Shown: positions 40,940 to 54,303, numbered from the stretch's first letter. The stretch: 64,000 nucleotides of DNA from the human T2T-CHM13v2.0 reference genome, Homo sapiens (GCF_009914755.1 NC_060947.1); one strand, 5' to 3'. A program made the numbers and translations. Notes: a model not told the origin generated them from the sequence alone.

Positions 40940-41057
40940 TTCCTTGTTATAAGCTCCATGAGAATAGGCACGCTTTTTTTCTTGATCATTTCTGCTTTGC
41001 CAGCATTAGCATAGTATCTGACATATGACGGACACATAATAAATGTGTTGAAAGAAT
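40940..41057 (+). mobile_element. L2 3' end
   Basis: ataagctccatgagaatagg...tagcatagtatctgacatat...aataaatgtgttgaaagaat. Confidence 0.7.
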
Positions 41058-41159
41058 TCCTCGTGTTTCTGAAAATTGTATCACAAGCCCCAAGATTATA
41101 GTGAAGCTCTGGAGGCTGTGTGTTTTTGGGGAAAAAGTTTCCTTAAAGAGCGCTTTTTC

Positions 41160-42046
41160 CCCATTAAAAAGAGTACAAAAGAATGTCTCAAAAATAATGC
41201 CCAAAAAATATGTCTCAAAAAATAAAAATATGCCTCAAAAAAAGTCTCAGACGAAGATATACATGTGGCCACCAATCATAGGAAAAGAAGCTCAGTACAC
41301 TGATCATTAGAGAAATGCAAATTAAAACCATAATGTGATACCATCTCATGCCAGTCAGAATGGCTATTACTAAAGATTCAAAAACTAACAGATGCTGGTG
41401 AGGTTGTGGAGAAAAAGGAATGCTTATACACCATTGGTGGGAGTGTATATTAGTTCAACCATTGTGGATGACAGCGTGGCAATTCCTCAAAGACCTAAAG
41501 ACAGAAATACCATTAAACCCAGCAATCCCATTATTAAGTATAAACCCAAAGGAATATAAATTGTTCAGTTATAAAGACACATCCATACATATGTTCATTG
41601 CAGCACTATTCGCAATAGCAAAGACATGGAATCAACCCAAATGCCCATCAATGATAGACTGGATAAAGAAAATGTGGGATATATACACCATGGAATGCTA
41701 TGCAGCCATAAAAAAGAATCAGATCATGTCCTTTGAAGGGACATGAATGGAGCTAGAGGCAATTATCTTTAGCAAACTATCACAGGAACAGAAAACCAAA
41801 TACTGCATGTTCTCACTTAGAAGTGAGGTCTAAATGATGAGAATACATAGACACAGTGGGGAACAACAGACACTGAAGCCTATCTGATGGTGAATGGTGG
41901 GAGGAGGTGCAGGATCAGGAAAAATAAGTAATGGGTACTACGCTTAATAGCTGGATGATGAAATAATCTGTACAACAAACCCCCATGACATACGTTTACC
42001 TATGTAACAAGCCTGCACATGTACCCCTGAACTTAAAATAAAAGTT
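41160..42046 (+). mobile_element. L1PA (about PA13-16) 3' end
   Basis: ORF2 C-terminus (HWWECILVQPLW...[17 protein letters not shown]) and UTR ending gtacccctgaacttaaaataaaagtt. Confidence 0.93.
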
Positions 42047-42084
42047 TTAAGAAATATTTACCATGTAAAGGAAAACATTAGAAC

Positions 42085-42290
42085 ATAGGTCATGTGAGCT
42101 GAGACTTTGGAGACAGGCTGAGTCAAGCTCAGGTTCTCTTGTACCTTTCCTGCAGGGCTTCTGGATCAGATTCAAAATTGGACTACGGGATTGGTAATAG
42201 CACCTATTTCTTGAATATTGGACAGATTTTATGAATGGATAACATTTAAAGCATATAGTAAACAAAAAAAGGAAATTAAGTTCTTGTTAA
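42085..42290 (+). mobile_element. MIR (diverged)
   Basis: gactttggagacaggctgagtcaag...ggtaatagcacctatttc...atttaaagca. Confidence 0.5.
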
Positions 42291-42934
42291 GTGGCAGAGT
42301 GGAGGGAGAGACATTTACATGTAAATCTAGGTTTTTCAGTTTCGTTTCTTTAGAAGCTTCAGGTCTGCAAATTTGATATTAGGAAAGCAAGACCGCCTAA
42401 CTTGATAGTTTAGCTTCAGCTTACCATTTCACTCTTTTCAAAAATTTGTTGCTAGGACTTGAGACCTTCCTTAGCCTTCTCTACCCCAAAAAAGTCTGAC
42501 CCATGGGATTTTGTGCAGACAGTTTATTTTTGAAAGTGATTCCAAGGAAGAAGAACAGGAGACTGAGACAAGTGGAGTAAGGCATCTGGTTTAAAACAAA
42601 CAAACAAACAAAAACAGTAGTAGGAGCAGAGAACAAAATACATACAGCAGCATTAATTTATTAAACCTTGAATGTGTATATCTATGTGTCTATCTGAGAA
42701 TGGTGGAGTAAATAGAATGCTTAAGGATATTCAAAGTGACCAAGTTAAAGGAGAAGGTACAACTCAGAGTTGGTTTTGTTACTGGTAAACAGAATTGGTT
42801 ATGGAGAACAAGGCTAAAACGTAGACTAAAGTGAGTGGTGATTTAATATTCCTTGTGGAAATTATCATTCTCCACACATTTCGCCCTTTATTTTATCTCT
42901 TCTTTTCCACACTGCTGTCTTCTTTCTTCTAGAG

Positions 42935-42959
42935 CACACACACACACACACACACACAC
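42935..42959. repeat. (CA)n microsatellite
   Basis: About 12 CA units. Confidence 0.9.
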
Positions 42960-43267
42960 GAGCATGTGCACATGCCCACCCAGTTTTGCAGGTGCCCAGA
43001 AAAACCAAAGTAAAAGGCAAGTCTCATTGAAGGCTGCTACTTTATTTCCCTTGAGTCAGTCTGAGTTTTGCTTTAGCTCTGGGATTGGAACATTATCTTA
43101 ATTTTCTTATTGGTTAATTAGACCCACAATTTTAAGGCAAAATCTCTGCTTTGTTCTACACTGTACATCATTAAGATGTGGGTGCATTTTCAAATCTTGC
43201 CCAATCCTTAGAGAATGTGTTCTCATTATTTTCAACAGGGTCTTTTGAGTGATATTTATAATGTCAA

Positions 43268-44390
43268 CAATTCAGTTCAACAAACATTTAATAAGTGCCT
43301 ATTATAATTGGTGAATTAACCAGAAGGAAAGAAAAAAAAAGAAGATACCATGCCACAATGAATGTGCAAAGAAAGAAAACAAGGCTGATTTTGAGGTTTC
43401 TAAATTGACTTACCAGGTGGATAGAAACGATACTACGATACGGAGTAAAGAGGAGGTTTGTTAGTGGAAATACTTAGTTTGATTTTGAAATTTTTTACTC
43501 TGAGTTGCCTACAAGACAGGCAGAGTTGCCTGTCTAGTTGTTATTGGTGGCTATATGTCATTGGAATTAGCAGAGAAATATACATGCTAGAGATTTAGAA
43601 ACCATTGGTATATATAATAAATGATAGTTCCAGTTACAGACATAAATGAGAATGTCCAGAGAGATAGTACAGAGTTAGGACATAAGAGGTCTGAAAATGG
43701 AACCTTGGGGGAACACTTAAGGGGAAGTAAGAGAAAAAAGAATAAATGAAAGAAACCAATGCATCTATTACAAAGCTATGAGGAAAGCCAAGATCAAGCG
43801 GTATCATAAAAGCCAAGGAAAGAAAGTTTTTCTAGGAGAACAAAGTCAACAGGATCAAATGCCAGTGAGAGGGAAAATAAAGTGGAGAGATAACTAAAAA
43901 GAGACCATTTAATTCGTACATCCAAGCAAAGATTTCAGTAGAGTTGTGAAGGTGGCAGTCAGATGACTGTGGGTTGAAGAGAGTGAAAAGTAAGCTTGTC
44001 TTTCAAAAAGTTTAATGTTATGGTAAGGAGAAATATGACAGAGAAGTGGAATTGGAGAAAGGCTTGGCCATTATTGTTGATGGTTTTGTTTTGTTTTAAC
44101 ATAACAAATACTTCAGCATGTTTGCATAGAGAGGGAAGAAAGAAAAGAGAAAAAATAAAATTTGTAGTGTGTGGGAAAGGATGAGATGAGGCATAAGGTG
44201 GAGGAATTTGTTGTGGTAAGGCACAGGGACGTTGTCCACTGGGACAAGAAGGAGATTAGGTTTTAAGTGAATTGAGAAATTATAGGAGGAGGTATGGGAA
44301 AGTAAAGAAACCGTACGAGGTACAGGTATGATGGCACAAACACGTCTACTATTATCCCTCTTTTCTTTTTGTAGTAGAGAACAAGTATGA
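43268..44390 (-). mobile_element. L2 fragments
   Basis: ttcaacaaacatttaataagtgcct; gatttcagtagagttgtgaaggtggcagtcagatgactgtgggttgaagagagtga. Confidence 0.6.
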
Positions 44391-45346
44391 GCCAAGTAGT
44401 AAATATGTTTTAATTTTTAACTTGTTTTCTAAAAGTCATTGTGATAATTTATAACTAAACTATTAAGAAATCATAGACACTATTGATTCTTATATGACTG
44501 GTTCTTTCACATTTTGGTAACTTTTAATTTGCCTTTTTCTCTGAGAAATTTTAGAAAGCACGAATTTTCTCAATATTTTCACGGGATGCTCCTTCATTTT
44601 AATTAAATAAACTGGATTTGAAGTTCACCATATTTTAAATTTTTATATGTATTTCAGTAAATGATACTTATTACATAAAATGTACCATAGCAAAAAAGCA
44701 TACTGTTGAGAGTGTATATTATGCTTTTCAGGAAATGGAATGTTCTAAAATTTGCACAGATACTGTGTTTCAAAGAAGGATTTTAATGACAAAAGAAAGT
44801 CAATATAGTACTTAAAATGATAATTTTTCAGCTAAATCAATTTATTTTTGATGGTTTGCCTCCCTCAGAACCCTAGTTATAAAATTTCAGTAATTTTGCT
44901 TCTTCATTCTTACGTATCTAATGCTTTCTTCTTAAAACTCTTCTATTTGAAAAGCTGGTTTTATGACTGTTGTCGCTCATTACATGTTTATCCATCATGT
45001 TTCTTAAACTACTCACAAAACTTTCAAAATGTTTTCCTTCATAATATTTGTTCTCAACCTGAGTCCAACCAATAAATAACTTCTAAAATTTCTGCTCTTT
45101 CACATAACTGAAATCTCAGGTAAAATCTCTTGCTTATAACAAGAAAAAAATAAATGGAAGGGTTGGATAGAAATACTATGCATTTGCAGAGTAAACATCA
45201 TTGCATTTCAAAGCAGGTGTCTTTTCATAGATGGATTTAACTATTTCTTTCTCCAAATGACATCTGTGAGTGTTTCACTTGTAGCAACTTATTATAGCCC
45301 ATGCTTTTCAATTGCAACATTTATTGCATAAATAAAAATTGATGAG

Positions 45347-45962
45347 TGTATCAGCCCATTCTCATGCTGCTAACAAAGACATACCTGAGACTGAGTAATT
45401 TATAAAAGAAAGAAGTTTTATTGACTCACAATTCAGCATGGCTGGGGAGGCCTCAGGAAACTTACAATCATAGCAGAAGGGTAAGCAAACACATCTTTCT
45501 TCACATGGTGGCAGCAAGGAGAAGTGCCAAGTGAAGGCGGGGAAACCCCTTATAAAACCATCAGGTCTCGTGAGAACTATCACGAGAACAGCTTGGAGGT
45601 AACTGCTGCCGTGATTCAATTACCTTCCACCAGGTCCCTCACATGAAACGTGGGGATTATGAGAACTACAGCTCAAGATGATAATTGGGTAGTGAGGACA
45701 CAGCCACACTATATTATACCACTCCCAGCCCCTACCAAATCTCATCTCCTTACATTTCAAAACACAATCATGCCTTCCCAACAGTCCCCCAAAGTCTTAA
45801 CCCATTTCAGGATTAACTCAAAAGTTCAAGTCTAAAGTCTCATCTGAGACAAGACAAATCCGTTCCATCTATGAGCCTTTAAAATCAAAAGCAAGTTAGT
45901 TACTTCCTAGATACAATGGGGGTATAGGAATTGGGTAAACACACCAGTTCCAAATGAAAGAA
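45347..45962 (-). mobile_element. THE1C/D 3' LTR (45347-45716) with adjoining internal remnant
   Basis: tgtatcagcccattctcatgctgctaacaaagacatacctgagactg...; internal catgccttcccaacagtccccc aaagtcttaac. Confidence 0.92.
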
Positions 45963-46424
45963 TTTCAATATTTAGCTGAGAGGAACTTGAAAAACCTAGA
46001 ACTTTCATAAAAGATGGCGATCAGGCCATAATAGATATTGTTACTCTTATTGGGTCCTGCAAAAAGCTAAAAAGAATTATTTTTGCTTGTTTCTTTTCTA
46101 TATTTTGCAAAAGGTATGTTAAAAATCATGTAGTTATTTAAATTAGTTTTTTATAGCCTAATTTCAATTATGGAAAAACAACACTAATAGAAAACACCAA
46201 GACTCATTTTAATCACAAACTTAAATTTCTACAAAAGCAAACTTACAAATAATACACATAAACACACATAAATATGTGTACTAGAACAGCTTCAGACTGT
46301 AAATGAAAATTTATAGTATCCAAGAATCTAAGTGGAATTATGCTTTTTTTATTACAATGGCCTACTGTATTTTTGAATGAATATGTAAGCCAACATTCAA
46401 TTTCCTCTTTTTTAAAAAAAGGAA

Positions 46425-47002
46425 TAACTTTTACTTTAGGTTTGGGGGTATATGTGGTTTTTGCTACATGGTAATCTCATGTCATGAGGGTTTGTTGTAC
46501 AGATTATTTCATCACCCAGGTATTAAGCCTAGTACCCAACAGTTATTTTTTCTAAACCTCTCCTTCCTCCTACTTTCCATCTTCAGGTAGGCCCCAGTGT
46601 GTTGTTTCTCTTTCTGCATCCATGTGTTCTCATCATTCAGCTCCCACTTATAAGTGGGAACATGCGGTGTTTGGTTTTCTGTTCCTGCATGAGTTGGCTG
46701 AGGATAATAGCTTCCAACTCTATCCATGTCCCTCCAAAAGACAAGATCTCATTCCTTTTTATGGCTGCATAGTATTCCATGGTGTATATGTATCACATTT
46801 TCTTTATCCAGTCTATCATTGATGGGCATTTTGGTTGATTCCATCTTTGCTATTGTGAATACTGTTTCAATGAACATATGTGTGCATGTGTCTTTATAAT
46901 AGAATGATTTATGTTCTTTTGGGTATATAACCAGTAATGGGATTGCTGGGTCGAGTAGTATTTCTATCTTTAGGTCTTTGGGGAATTGCCACACTGTCCA
47001 CC
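46425..47002 (-). mobile_element. L1PA (about PA13-16) 3' end
   Basis: gtttgttgtacagattatttcatcacccaggtattaagcc; minus frame DPAIPLLVIYPKE. Confidence 0.92.
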
Positions 47003-47564
47003 CGTTAATTGTGGGAGTGATCACCTCAAGCTTTCTTGAGAATAATACAGGTACTAAAAAAGCATATCAATAAATAAAAGTGATACATTTATTATATTAA
47101 AAAATGCTTGCCATCATTTGCTTCGAGGATAGTGTTGCCTTGTTCTTCTATCAGTCTGGTACATTCTTGATGTCTGCCAGCTTCTTCTTTCTTATATCCT
47201 TTAATTCTGGACATCCTTCAGGGTTTAATCTTGGATATTTTAACAATTCAGCTATTTCATCTCTCAAAAAGGTTTAAACTATCACCTGTCAGCAAAAACT
47301 TAAACTTTGGCTTTGATCATTGACTCTTGTCCTAAATAGCTGGCTTACTCTCAATATTTTACAGCTCTTCAGCATGGCATATTTATGTGTATTCTATTAA
47401 TTTGTACCTCGATTAATTTTTGAACTTTTCCTTGAGTAAGTACATTTTAAAGGCCATTCTCATCTCAAGGGAAGAGGCAGTTTTCCATTTATTTTGCACC
47501 TTTCCAAAGCTCCTAGTAATGTGCTATTAATATTATGGACATCTAATAATGGCGTTGAAAAGCA

Positions 47565-48239
47565 AACAACAGATGCTGGTGAGGATGTGGAGAAATAGGA
47601 ATGCTTTTACACTGTTGGTGGGAGTGTAAATTAATTCAACCATTGTGGAAGACTGGCGATTCCTCAAGGATCTAGAGTGAGAAATATCATTTGACCCAGC
47701 GATCCCATTACTTGGTATATACCCAAAGGAATATAAATCATTCTACTATAAAGACATATGCACACGTATGTCTGTTGCAGCACTATTTACAATAGCTAAG
47801 ACTTGGGACCAACCCAAATGACCATCAATGATAGACTGGATAAAGAAAATGTGGCACATATACACCATGGAATACTATGCAGCCATAAAAAACGAATGAA
47901 TTCATGTCCTTTGCAGGGACATGGATGAAGCTGGAAGCCATCATTCTCAGCAAGCTAACACAGGAACAGAAAACCAAACACCTCATCTTCTCACTCATAA
48001 GTGGGAGTTTAACAATGAGAACACATGGACACAGGGAGGGGCACAACACACACTGGAGCCTGTCAGGGGGTGAGGGGCAAGGGGAGGGAAAGAATTAGGA
48101 CAAATACCTAATACATGTGGGGCTTAAGACCTAGATGATGGATTCATAGGTGCAGCAAACCACCATGGCACATGTATGCCTATGCAACAAACCTGCACAT
48201 TCTGCACATGTATCTCAGAACTTAAAATTTAAAAAAAAA
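47565..48239 (+). mobile_element. L1PA (about PA8-11) 3' end
   Basis: ORF2 end (MSFAGTWMKLEAIILSKL), UTR, A tail; short possible TSD aaaagca. Confidence 0.93.
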
Positions 48240-48269
48240 GCAGGCAGATTGCTTAATCTGAGTTTTACT

Positions 48270-48580
48270 CCATCATTTCTGAGTTTCAAACATGTGCATA
48301 GCACTGTCAATATAGAGATTAATAAGATGGTTCTTCATGGAACTCACAGTTTGGGAATGGGAGACAGATACGTAAACAAAATCAATCAATTTGCTAAGGG
48401 ACGTAATTCAAGGTACAAAGGTAAATCAGAGAGAGAGTAGTGAACGCCTGTCAGGAAGTGAGGAGGTGGGACTCAAGTATCTTCTGATATTTTAGAAGTA
48501 AGAAAAGTAAAATATCCATTTGATAGGTAGTAGGATGGTAAAGAAAGCCAGACAAAAGGGGTGGATGGCATATTTCTGAG
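48270..48580 (-). mobile_element. L2 fragment
   Basis: cttcatggaactcacagtttgggaatgggagacagatacgtaaacaaa. Confidence 0.45.
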
Positions 48581-49311
48581 TAATTGAGAGACTCCTGTAA
48601 TATATTTTCTGATGTGAAGTAGTTCTTTAGACCAATGATGAAGCTCCCTTTCCAGAGTTGACTTGAACTATATCAGAGTCCTTGGGAGGTTATTTTATTC
48701 CCCTTGCAAATGGGTTTCAGCTGCGTTTCATTGAGTACAATAAACTGAGATGAAAATTTAAAATATATAATGAAAATTAACATTTTACTAATTTTTATTT
48801 CATGGAGTTCATCTTTGAGCATATTAAAATATCAATCATCATTTTTTGCCCAAAGTCAGATATTCTGGCATTGCAGTCTAATTTGAACCTCCTGGCAAAT
48901 GTAGTACTACTTCGCTTCAGGAAAACTAACTGAAAACTAATTTCCGTTACCACTGCACTCTTTGAAGTTTTAATTTAAATGGAAATGTGAGGATTACAAA
49001 AATATTGCATATTTTTGGTTGTTGTTTCAATTGGCAAATAGAAAAAAAAGTCTATGTAGATACTCATAATTTTTGGTAAATCTTACATAAATGCAGAAGA
49101 AGGAAATTATAAACTATAAAACCAAAGCTAGTCTTGATGCTTAAAGAGCCAAGAGACTTTTTTTAATTATAATTTTTTGCCTGAAAAAATAGTTTAAATA
49201 TTTCCTAGGTTTGCTAGACTTAAAAATGACAGCTCTGTTTTTAGACATTTAATTGCTGCTTGGGAATAATTATTTGTGCAAATAAAATTTCTGTGCCGGT
49301 CTGCAAATTTT

Positions 49312-49328
49312 TGCTGCCCTCTATTGGC
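49312..49328 (-). promoter_or_regulatory. CTCF-like motif (candidate)
   Basis: Minus strand GCCAATAGAGGGCAGCA, one mismatch from GCCACTAGAGGGCAGCA; lies in non-repeat sequence. Confidence 0.25.
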
Positions 49329-49547
49329 TTGCTGAGAAATCTATAAACTGCCTTCTAATGATAAAGGAAAAATGAAACTTGAGTAGAACCGAATGGATTT
49401 TTAGGGATCATTCAGTTCAACATCTGACCTCCACATGCAATCACTTACACATTTAAATTACTTTTTAAAAAGCAAGAAACTACCAGAAGGTCTACCAGAA
49501 GCACAGATGTATGTGTGTAGGTAGTTAATGGCATTTTCAAAATTTCC

Positions 49548-49813
49548 TTTTTTTTTTTTTTTTTTTTAAGGCAAGGTCTTGCTCTGTCAACAAGGCTGGA
49601 GTGCAGTGAGCATGATCTCGGCTCACCGCACCCTCTGCCTCCCGGGTTCAAGTGATTCTAATGCCTCAGCCTCCCGAGTAGCTGGGACTACAGGTGTGTG
49701 CCACCACCCCCAACTAATTTATATATTTTTAGTACAGACAGGTTTTCACCATGTTGGTCAGGCTAATCTTGATCTCCTGACGTCAAGTTATCCACCTGCC
49801 TCAGGCTCCCAAA
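49548..49813 (-). mobile_element. AluS, 5'-truncated by ~35 nt
   Basis: poly-T; TSD gcattttcaaaattt (49531-49545 / 49815-49829) abuts the truncated end. Confidence 0.95.
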
Positions 49814-50058
49814 TGCATTTTCAAAATTTTATTCATGGTACTGTCATCCATTTTAAAGCAAGAAAATCTTCAGGCAAATAAATGACAGACCAAGTCAGAA
49901 TGTATTTTTCCCCCAAACTTAAACACTCTAAAATACATTTAAATCATCCCTGAGTATATACAAACTAACAGCCCATACTTTTAACATAATCCACCATGTG
50001 GGCAAAACAAAAGAGATCACGTTCCTTTCCACTTGGCAGACATTAAATGAAGGGCATG

Positions 50059-50350
50059 GGCCAGGTGTGGGGCCCATGCTTGCAATCCCAGCACTTTGGG
50101 AGACTGAGGCAGGTGGATCACTTGAGGCCAGGAGTTCAAGACCAGCCTGGCCAGCATGGTGAAACCCCTTGTCTCTACTAAAAATACAAAAAATTAGCCG
50201 GGTGTGGTGGCAGTTGCCTGTAATCCCAGCTACTATGGAGGCTGAGCCAAGAGAATCACTTGAACCTGGGAGATCATGCCACTGCACTCCAGCCTGGGCA
50301 ACAGAGCGAGACTCTTGTCTCAAAAAATAAAATAAAATAAAATAAAATAA
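50059..50350 (+). mobile_element. AluSz/Sx-like with internal deletion
   Basis: tcacttgaggccaggagttcaagacc; cctgggag|atcatgcc deletion; (TAAAA)n tail. Confidence 0.95.
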
Positions 50351-50353
50351 GTG

Positions 50354-50708
50354 TGTATTAATTTATTCTCACACTGCTAATAAAGACATACCCAAGACTG
50401 GATAATTTATAAAGGAAAGAGGTTGAAGGGACTCACAGTTCCACATGGCTGGGGAGGCCTCACAATCATGGCAGAAGGCAAATGAGGAGCAAAGTCACGT
50501 CTTACATGGCAGCAGGCAAGAGAGCTTATTCAGGGGAACTCCCATGTATGAAACCATCAGATCTCATGAGACTTATTCACTACCATAAGAACAATATGGG
50601 GGAAACTGCCCCCATGATTCAATTACTTCCACCTGGCCCCACCCTTGACATATGGGGATTATTACACTCAAGGTGAGATTTGGGTGGGGACGCAGTCAAA
50701 GCATATCA
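50354..50708 (-). mobile_element. THE1B-like solo LTR
   Basis: tgtattaatttattctcacactgctaataaagacatacc...gcaaagtcacgtcttacatgg...gcatatca; TSD aagtg/aaggg. Confidence 0.93.
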
Positions 50709-53061
50709 AAGGGCATGATTGCTCCCCTCATAAATTGGTCTTTGGACTAATTTTCTTCTCTGTCTATACCTTGCTCCCTTCGATTTTTACAGTGAATAAA
50801 ATAAGAAAATTTGTCTGTGCATTATAGGCATGGTGAACATACTCCAAAGAAAATGACAGGTCAGAGAGGCAGCAGCAAAGGACATTTCTGATGGCCTTAA
50901 TCATTCCTTGCTTGTATTTAGAATTTGAAGAACAAACTCCCCATTCCCCACTTTTGCCACTCTTTCTTCACAGCTTAGCCCTTTTCAATGTTGTGATTTA
51001 TAATGAAACCATGCTTTTGGCTTTCTAGTCATTTGCCTTTTCAGAAAGATTTGTTTCAACAAGTGAATTCACCAAGTGAAAGTTTTTCCTATAAATATGT
51101 CTGTCAGAAATAAACGTACTATATAAATCATATGCAAATTGAAAAATCTGAACTGTCTCCAATAAACATGTAAATGTAACGAGAAAAATTCATGATCTTC
51201 TACATCATTATCCCTGTTCTAGAGCCTCTGAACAAAATGAAAGTGTGCAGAAAATGGCTTTCACACCAGACCCACTGTTCCTCCTACAGTACATGCTAGA
51301 TGGATCATTCACATAATAAGTTACAATATATTGTAGCAATTCAGAGCAGCACACTTTGCTGATATTTGCACCATGATTGTACTAAGAAAAGGTTGTGATA
51401 AAATATTCACATGCAGATAAACCAATTGGAAGGCCAGAGTTCTGCTCAGAATTAGACTATTATATTTTATTCCTACTCTTATTTTAACCTTGGAGAAATA
51501 GAAAAAATAATTATGCTCTGTACACTTAAATGGCAAAAACTGTTTTTATAATGTAAGACATATTAAATAATTTATTGCCTCAAAGAAATATTTGCTTCAT
51601 TTATATTGTTCACCTATTGGGTTTAAATACACCTTCATTTTTATGCATAGTGGTTTCTGCAGGAAAGCAGAAGTGAGATACATAAAAGAAGAAAAGCTGA
51701 ATAGCTGGAAGAGCCCAGAGTGGCAGCAATTTTATAGTAGAAGAAGGAAACTCATAAATATCAGAACAGATGATTAGAATTCTGTGTATAAGAGTGGGTT
51801 GAAATAATGCTGTTTTAAAACCATGAATTTTTGGCATATGTTTAGATAAATTACTGAGGCAGAAATTGGAGGAGAAAAATGAAATCCCACCTACCACTAG
51901 ATATTTTGTTTTAATTAGTGCCTTATGATATAACCACAGAGGGTGGATAATAGCGAAGAATCCTACTGGCCTAATGATAAAATGTGCTAGGCAAATGATT
52001 CATCTTAATTTTGGTTAGGAACTTTAATATTACACCATCTGCTATATATGCAACCTAGGAAAAAAGAACGGAGAACCCCAAAGTAATTTCTTCAAAAGAC
52101 TTAGAACTATGTGAGACAGTCAGAATAGTAAGATTTTTCCCCTGAAGAGAGTAGAACATCCAGTATACAAAAGTTTTCATGTGCTGTTTTGCTTAAAGGA
52201 GTAAATAAGCACTCTAAGAGTTAGAAGGAAAATAAGTATATAAACATATCTTCATCAATAACTCTAAGTGCTCCTTTGAAAATTCAAGGATACATGTCCT
52301 AAAAAGAAAAAGAGTGCTTTGTTTGTTTGTTTTTTTAATTGTCCGATAGAGTATTCGTGTATTGCAGGTTATTATACTATTTGAGAAAATAAAAGAATGG
52401 ATCCTCTGTTTTAACTCATTAAAAAGCGAGCAACAATTCTGAACACCAGTTTTTTCTTGGCTTGATCCCTGAGTTTCATGTGTATATCCATACTTTCATA
52501 GGTTTATTGAACTTACGCTGTGTGTAAATCATAAATATATGAAAGCACATACATAAACACATATGTCCACATATGCCCATATAGACATACACTTTCTTAG
52601 AGACCCAAAACAAAGCACAGAAAAATAAATCATTTACAGGGATATTTATAAATATCTTTTGTTCTTTAAAAAATTAATTTAAAAAAGTAATGCATGATTT
52701 CTTTAAAATAATTCAAGCACCATATTTGTGAGGTAAAAAATGTGCAAAGTCATTTGTCACCTTCTCCTCATCCTAATAAGAAATTTCTGTTGGTGATCTA
52801 ATGTGTAACCCTCAGAACTCTCTTTTGCTTTCGCTGTCTCTCTCATATCATATATTAGGGGCATGTTTGCATGTATGTGTTTGTGAAAGAGAGAGAGAGA
52901 AAGAGGGAGAGAGGACATCTATTCTGCTACTTGGTACTTTAGTAATTTACCTTGGGCATCTAATTATTTTAATACATATAGAGCTACAAAATTATTTTTT
53001 AAAGTGCATAATATCAAAAAATATTGATAGGTAATTTCCTTTAAAAAGTTTTAAAGGAAAC

Positions 53062-53845
53062 TTTAAGGTGTACAACACAATTTAAGGTGTACAACACAAT
53101 GTATGTGTGTATATATATACACACACACACACACACACGTATTATACAATGTCCTTCAGGTCCATCCGTGTTGTGACAAATGATAGGATTTTCTTCTTTT
53201 TTATTATTTTATTATTATTATTAGATTTGCTTTTCTTCTTCCATATATATACATGTATATACACATTGTGGAATGAATAATAAAGCTAATCCACAAATCT
53301 ATCATCTCACATACTTATTGTGAGGAGAACATTTAAAATTTACTTGCTCTGCAATTTTCAAGTATATAATAATTATTATTTACTACACTCATCATTCTGT
53401 ACAATAGATCTCCAGAGCATATTCCTTCTATCTAACTGACACCTTGAACCCTTTAATCAACATCTCTTCAACCTCTCTACCCCTCCACCAGACCCTGGTA
53501 ATCATTTTATTCTATTTCTATGAGTTTGACTATTTTAGATTCTACATATAAGTGAGATGTGGCATTTGTCTTTCTGTGTCTGATTTATTTTACTTAAAAA
53601 TAATATCCTTCAGGCTCATTTGTGTTGTGACAAATGACAGGATTCCCCTCTTTTTATTATTTTATCATTATTTTTCTTCTTTCTTTTTATTATTGAATAG
53701 TGTTTCAGTGTCTGTATGACCACATTTTTAAGCCATTCATCCTTTAATGAACACTTAGGTTGATTCTCTGTCGGCTATTGTGAATAATGTTGTTATGAAT
53801 ATGGGAATGCAGATATCTCTTTGACATTCTTATTTTATTTCCTTT
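53062..53845 (-). mobile_element. L1MA 3' end with internal microsatellite and duplications
   Basis: tttaaggtgtacaac...acaatagatctccagag...ttttagattctacatataagtgagat...gcagatatctctttgaca. Confidence 0.85.
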
Positions 53846-54271
53846 TAATCATTTCTTATTGATGTGTAGTCAGGTTGTTTCCAATCTATCACTATTACAA
53901 ACAATATTAGAAAAACACTCATTTACATATATATATAATTGTGAATGTTTGCAAGCTTTTCTGTAGAACAGATTCCTAAAAGTACTGTGTGAGGTCAAAT
54001 GGTAAGCATAAATTATTTTGAAAGAACCTCACCTAATATCTAGTGCACCCAGACAAATATTAACCTTGTGATTACAGAATCTATAAGGCACAGTTCTTAC
54101 CCTTGTTTGTCCATCTTGGGAATCAGAATCTTGTTTGCAGTAGTCAGGAGGTCAACCCAGCTCATTATTGGGCACAACAAAAGCATATATGACTTTTTTT
54201 GAAGAGAAAATAATTGTTTAATTATATTTGGCTGTCTCGATGAATACTACATAATTTTCCTTTATATCAAT

Positions 54272-54303
<32 letters not shown>

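Noticed and set aside
46401-46425. ttcctcttttttaaaaaaaggaa near-palindrome at an L1 tail
   Set aside because: It is mostly T and A homopolymer, which is expected at L1 target sites.
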